This document shows positions 60,231-64,000 of a stretch of 64,000 bases of DNA, piece by piece; the first letter of the stretch is position 1, and each line of letters begins with the position of its first letter. The notes under the pieces are model-generated. The model was given only the letters and a program-made list of their open reading frames with translations. It was not told the origin of the DNA and ran no database searches. Location of the stretch: IMG/VR virus record IMGVR_UViG_3300000303_000010; one strand, written 5' to 3'. This stretch comes from a virus. Position numbers and translations under genes: made by a program.

Positions 60231-61207
60231 CACCCTATCAAGAGAAAGCTTGGGATTGCTTAAAAGAAAAGGAAAGGCAATGCCTATTCTTAGCTATATC
60301 CGAAAATAAATCTACTTGTGAAGCTAGTCAGCTTATGGGTATGACTCATTACAAGTATATGGAGTTAAAAGAACGGGCTGAGAAATTCTTTAGATTATTC
60401 AGTGACTTCTTTGAAAAACACGAGGCAATATTTAGACCAGATTGTCCTTGTGAATTCCAATTTAGGCATTATATAGAAGGGGTTATCGAAAAAAGAATAG
60501 GATCTAAGGAAGCCAGATTATTTACAGGTGATGCTAGCCAAATACTTCCAAAGGTAAATCACAGAACTATCACAAGGAATATGAGATGGCTTATAGAAAC
60601 AGGTAATCCTTGGGATATTGATACCGTGAAATTTATTCGAGAATTCGATAGATGGAATACTTTTAGGATTCTACCTGTAATGCTTCAACAGCCATCAGCA
60701 TACAAGAGAAGATTAAATAGAAAATATAAAGCTTATATCAAATATTTACTTCATAAGATGCCAGAATGGTTCTTAGACAAAGTAAAAGAAAAGTATTGGT
60801 ATAAGACTAATTACCCCAAAGAAAAGTATTATATTGTGATAATATATCCTTCAGATAGGATTAATTATAAGATAATATCTGTAAGACCAAAAGAGGAAGT
60901 AGTTAAGCAATTAACTCAATGGTATTTCTATGTATTCAAAACTGAGGATGATGCAGATACTTTCGGATTTATGGTTACTAGGTTTAATGTTAAATCTCGA
61001 GGAGTTTCACTGGGACAAAAATTCTGGCCAGAATTTCGATTATGTATATCTCAGGCAATAAATTACAAAGAGATTAATAACATGGACCTTGGGGTATCTT
61101 CTCTCGACAATGCTTACCATGTAAGTAGAAGGAAGAAAAAACTCTCCAAAGACGATCCTAACCACATGGTCGGGCTAGCCAGAGCAAAAGAGAAAATTTT
61201 TTATTAA
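60227..61207 (+). CDS. Putative transcription regulator with N-terminal sigma-region-4-like HTH
   Basis: WDCLKEKERQCLFLAISENKSTCEASQLMGMTHYKYMELKERA follows the L..L..KER..L.L....S..E.A..LG pattern. Confidence 0.55.
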   Translation: MTPYQEKAWDCLKEKERQCLFLAISENKSTCEASQLMGMTHYKYMELKERAEKFFRLFSDFFEKHEAIFRPDCPCEFQFRHYIEGVIEKRIGSKEARLFTGDASQILPKVNHRTITRNMRWLIETGNPWDIDTVKFIREFDRWNTFRILPVMLQQPSAYKRRLNRKYKAYIKYLLHKMPEWFLDKVKEKYWYKTNYPKEKYYIVIIYPSDRINYKIISVRPKEEVVKQLTQWYFYVFKTEDDADTFGFMVTRFNVKSRGVSLGQKFWPEFRLCISQAINYKEINNMDLGVSSLDNAYHVSRRKKKLSKDDPNHMVGLARAKEKIFY

Positions 61208-61210
61208 AAT

Positions 61211-61244
61211 ATTGCATACATAAAAAATTATATGTATATTTGCA
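61211..61244 (+). promoter_or_regulatory. Bacteroidota primary-sigma (early) promoter
   Basis: ATTGCA-...-TATATTTGCA with the same 20-bp spacing as the 35154-35187 promoter, upstream of ATG 61270. Confidence 0.75.
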
Positions 61245-61269
61245 GAAAATTTAATTAACACTTTAAATA

Positions 61270-61545
61270 ATGGACGTAAATATAATAAATAGGCTAAACG
61301 CATATCTAAATATGCGTAAATTAGCCGATAGAATGGACAACAACCATCCCATCATAAGGATGTCAGTAATAACTCCTAATAAACACTCTATAGAAGCCTT
61401 ATTCAAGGGATCCGACGGAAAATTATGGGTAATATACAATTTCCCCACAGAAACTTGTAATTTGCCCATATCAACGTTCAAGGATTCAGTACTTTATCAA
61501 ATTGAGGATGCAATCTTAAATTCAATATTATATGGCAGTAACTAA
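61270..61545 (+). CDS. Hypothetical early protein
   Basis: First ORF after a host-type promoter. Confidence 0.6.
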   Translation: MDVNIINRLNAYLNMRKLADRMDNNHPIIRMSVITPNKHSIEALFKGSDGKLWVIYNFPTETCNLPISTFKDSVLYQIEDAILNSILYGSN

Positions 61546-62110
61546 GAAAAAACTAAAGCCTAAGATGGCAAACAAGGAGAAAGCCAATCTCCTTACATCT
61601 GCTGGTAGGCATATGACTTACCGAGATTTGAAAAGACAAGCAGTAATACTTGGTATGCCTTTTCCTGATGCTTGCAAAGCATCAGTATTTGGATTAATTG
61701 GATATATCAACAATTCTACCAATAAACCAAACCAGGAACTTATTAATCAATACGATGACTGGATGGATAAACAATTGGAGGAAATTGGATATGATAAGGA
61801 CCATCCTTTAAGACATTCAAGGTTAAGGCTTGGGTTTCTCGGAGAAGAAGACGAAAACGGAAATAGAAGAACAAAACGAGTCCCGGGAATAAGGAAGAAA
61901 AAGGAAAGGAAACCTCCAAGAGAAAGGGATGAGTTTAATCTTATCAAGGGAACTAAAAAATCCTATACTTATGAACTAGCTGGAAAAGGATTTTCATTAG
62001 AAAGGGTTATTCGAAGAGTTAAAAAGAAATTCCCTGATGCCAATGATAAATCCATAAACCTATGGTATAGGAAAGCTAAAAGGGATACTAAAAATGGCAA
62101 GAATAGCTGA
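61532..62110 (+). CDS. Basic hypothetical protein (possible DNA-binding)
   Basis: Lys/Arg-rich; C-terminal HTH-like KGFSLERVIRRVKKKFPDANDKSINLWY. Confidence 0.55.
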   Translation: MAVTKKKLKPKMANKEKANLLTSAGRHMTYRDLKRQAVILGMPFPDACKASVFGLIGYINNSTNKPNQELINQYDDWMDKQLEEIGYDKDHPLRHSRLRLGFLGEEDENGNRRTKRVPGIRKKKERKPPRERDEFNLIKGTKKSYTYELAGKGFSLERVIRRVKKKFPDANDKSINLWYRKAKRDTKNGKNS

Positions 62111-62894
62111 GAATCCTCAAATAATATGGGAAGATAGATATTATCTTTGGAGCTATGTACCAGATCCCACAGGTATTTATAAAAATAGGAACAATTCAAA
62201 ACTATTCCTTAGGAAACACATCTGTGGGATCCCCTTTTATACTAAACTACATGCTAAGAGGATGATGGTATATCAACTGGGAGTAGAATCTTTACTAGAG
62301 ATTAAAATTGCTTCTGGTAGAAAACTACTAGCCGAAGGGATAGAATTTTTACCTAAATATGCCGTAAAAAGAGTTTGGTATAAAAATAAGCTTCGAAAAA
62401 TGAGGAAGTGGATAATGCCTCCCGATTATTTACAGAATAAGCACTTAAGAAGGAGATTCACAGTAAAAATGCGTAATATATTAGATAAATATGGGAAAAA
62501 GAGATTCAACCAGGAACTTATCCGCAATTACTACGGCTACCGAATTGGGTTCAAGTTTTCATATCAAAACACCCAGAGATATAAGGTCAATCGTGCTCTC
62601 TTATCGGAGATATGCAAGGCTATCAGAATCCCAGAAGAAGATATTATCCTCCAATGGAAATATGGTAGTGCACTCTATTATCGGGGATCTATCACTCCAT
62701 TTCTTCAAAAAGGAACACCTCAGTATGAAGCAATCCATCCAAAAATCGACAAGGATAGTAAAAAGAGGACTGTGGGACGAATTTCTCACATCCTTAACAA
62801 TCTCGAAAGGATGCCCGATACCGAATCTATCAGAAAAACAGTTGAAGAGAGAAGTAGAATATCGAGGCTTCGTGCCGCTGGAGAAATACCCTAA
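62094..62894 (+). CDS. Basic hypothetical protein
   Basis: 266 aa ORF; its last ~77 codons overlap another + strand ORF. Confidence 0.5.
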   Translation: MARIAENPQIIWEDRYYLWSYVPDPTGIYKNRNNSKLFLRKHICGIPFYTKLHAKRMMVYQLGVESLLEIKIASGRKLLAEGIEFLPKYAVKRVWYKNKLRKMRKWIMPPDYLQNKHLRRRFTVKMRNILDKYGKKRFNQELIRNYYGYRIGFKFSYQNTQRYKVNRALLSEICKAIRIPEEDIILQWKYGSALYYRGSITPFLQKGTPQYEAIHPKIDKDSKKRTVGRISHILNNLERMPDTESIRKTVEERSRISRLRAAGEIP

Positions 62895-63087
62895 ATACAA
62901 TCCTAAAAAATATTGCTATATCATGGTAAATCGATTAATCGAGGGGAAAGAATATATTTATCCCGCTAGATATACCAATAACTATAGATTGATGAAAAAG
63001 GGAATTCCTCATATACATGATGAGTTTACCCTAAAAAGCATTATGGGATATACTAAAATACAATATACGTTAAACCAATACCAATAA
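62662..63087 (+). CDS. Hypothetical protein (141 aa; start reassigned)
   Basis: ATG at 62662 in the frame of track ORF 62491..63087 (MVVHSIIGDLSLHFF...). Needed to fill 62895-63087; followed closely by 63091. Confidence 0.45.
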   Translation: MVVHSIIGDLSLHFFKKEHLSMKQSIQKSTRIVKRGLWDEFLTSLTISKGCPIPNLSEKQLKREVEYRGFVPLEKYPKYNPKKYCYIMVNRLIEGKEYIYPARYTNNYRLMKKGIPHIHDEFTLKSIMGYTKIQYTLNQYQ

Positions 63088-63090
63088 AAT

Positions 63091-63327
63091 ATGGAAATGA
63101 ATTTCAAAGAAGCCCAATCCCAGTTTCCCAAACAGGTATATAAAATTACCTGGGTAGAAGAGGAAGCCGTTGGTGAAGAGTCTATAACTCTGAATTCAAT
63201 GGTAGATTTTACTACTCTACTAGAAGAGGTGAAACAATATAACAATGATTTAGAACATAAGGAACACGGTTATCACCAAACCGTAATTACCAGGGATAAA
63301 ACCGGTAAATGTGATAAACAACTATAA
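63091..63327 (+). CDS. Hypothetical protein
   Basis: 78 aa ORF. Confidence 0.55.
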   Translation: MEMNFKEAQSQFPKQVYKITWVEEEAVGEESITLNSMVDFTTLLEEVKQYNNDLEHKEHGYHQTVITRDKTGKCDKQL

Positions 63328-63356
63328 GTAATTAACCCTTTTAAAAACTTAAAACA

Positions 63357-63893
63357 ATGGCAAAGAAAAATGCAAAGAAAGCCAAGGAATTGGCAGTAGT
63401 TTCAGAAGTGACACTTGAAAATGGAACTAAGATCATCCGTTATGAGGATGGTTCAGTAGAGATTATCCCGGCTCCTTTCAAACTCTCTGCAGAGGATGTA
63501 GAATCTATCTTTGGAGAAGAGGAAGAAGAAGAGGATGATGACGATGATGATTCGGAAGAGGAAGAGGATAATGAAGACTCTGACGATGAGGATGAAGAAG
63601 AAGACGATGAGGAAGACGATGATGATGATGATGATGATGAGGCCGAGGAGGAAGATGACGATGACTCCGATGACGATGACGACGAAGAGGAGGAAGAGGA
63701 GGAAGAAATAACTCCGGAATCTCTTGCAGAAATGGACTTCGAGGAACTCGAGGATGTATGCGAAGATAAGGAATTGGATGTAGATCCCGATGATTACGAT
63801 GAAGATGAGGTAGAGAAACTCCGCAAGGATGTTGCAAAGGCCCTCGGAATCAAGCTTCCTGCTCCTAAGAAGTCTAAAAAAGGAAAGAAGTAA
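63357..63893 (+). CDS. Highly acidic protein with C-terminal Rho-N/SAP-like helices
   Basis: 59 of 64 residues are D/E in 63516-63707; Lys-rich termini; LAEMDFEELEDVCEDKEL motif. Confidence 0.75.
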   Translation: MAKKNAKKAKELAVVSEVTLENGTKIIRYEDGSVEIIPAPFKLSAEDVESIFGEEEEEEDDDDDDSEEEEDNEDSDDEDEEEDDEEDDDDDDDDEAEEEDDDDSDDDDDEEEEEEEEITPESLAEMDFEELEDVCEDKELDVDPDDYDEDEVEKLRKDVAKALGIKLPAPKKSKKGKK

Positions 63894-63899
63894 AATCAT

Positions 63900-63924
63900 A
63901 GAGGGAGGTAATACTCCCTCTTTT
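63900..63924 (+). terminator. Hairpin plus short U-tract
   Basis: AGAGGGAG-GTAATA-CTCCCTCT-TTT. Confidence 0.6.
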
Positions 63925-63961
63925 AAACCCAAATTAATAACCGTATTTAAACTTTAAAATC

Positions 63962-64000
63962 ATGGCTAAGAAACAAGAAAAGAAAAAGGCAATGACTGCT
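63962..64000 (+). CDS. 5' fragment of a Lys-rich protein running off the window
   Basis: ATG 63962, MAKKQEKKKAMTA, after an AT-rich leader. Confidence 0.45.
   Translation, partial: MAKKQEKKKAMTA

Noticed and set aside
62491-62661. 5' part of track ORF 62491..63087
   Set aside because: It lies wholly inside the 62094 gene and looks non-coding in that frame; ATG 62662 is a more plausible start.
962-62900. Short minus-strand ORFs in the six-frame track other than 34482..35129
   Set aside because: All overlap longer, motif-bearing plus-strand genes and have no recognisable motifs.
63505-63837. His/Pro-rich antisense ORFs and apparent tandem repeats
   Set aside because: They are shadows of the GAT/GAA-rich acidic coding tract; there is no repeat-spacer structure, so not CRISPR.
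1-64000. Stop-codon reassignment as in Lak or some crAss-like phages
   Set aside because: Conserved genes are full length in code 11, and TAG, TGA and TAA all end genes at expected positions (e.g. TAG at 17695 and 49848).
1-64000. tRNA, rRNA or group I/II intron
   Set aside because: No cloverleaf, rRNA-like or intron-like segment was recognised by eye, and intergenic gaps are under about 180 bp. A tRNAscan/Infernal run would be needed to exclude them formally.

Overview
64-kb segment of a large, AT-rich, contractile-tailed dsDNA phage genome (myovirus morphology) in the standard genetic code. The host is most likely Bacteroidota, based on two matching TTTG/ATTG-N20-TATATTTG host-type promoters and AT-rich leaders. 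1-34.4 kb is the virion module on the + strand: intein-containing terminase, portal, protease/scaffold, capsid, neck, three fibre genes, sheath, tube, a -1 frameshifting tail chaperone, tape measure, baseplate and tail collar. A single minus-strand sigma-like gene separates it from a 35.3-61.2 kb replication, recombination and nucleotide-metabolism module (DnaB, primase, SF2 helicase with intein, PolA, UvsY-like, GroES, SSB, RecA with intein, 5'-3' exonuclease, dNMP kinase, SbcCD, HNH, Holliday junction resolvase, NusG paralogue). An early region starts at about 61.2 kb. Two candidates stand out. (1) A probable cytosine-replacement cluster: trimeric dUTPase, T4 gp56-like all-alpha dNTPase and TWO thymidylate-synthase-fold genes that both carry Asp at the dUMP/dCMP specificity position, directly upstream of the DNA polymerase. 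(2) A phage transcription kit: sigma factor, NusG paralogue with an RKKRRR insert, sigma4-like HTH protein, a repeated intergenic motif and internal hairpins. All protein assignments come from motif recognition by eye; no database searches were run.
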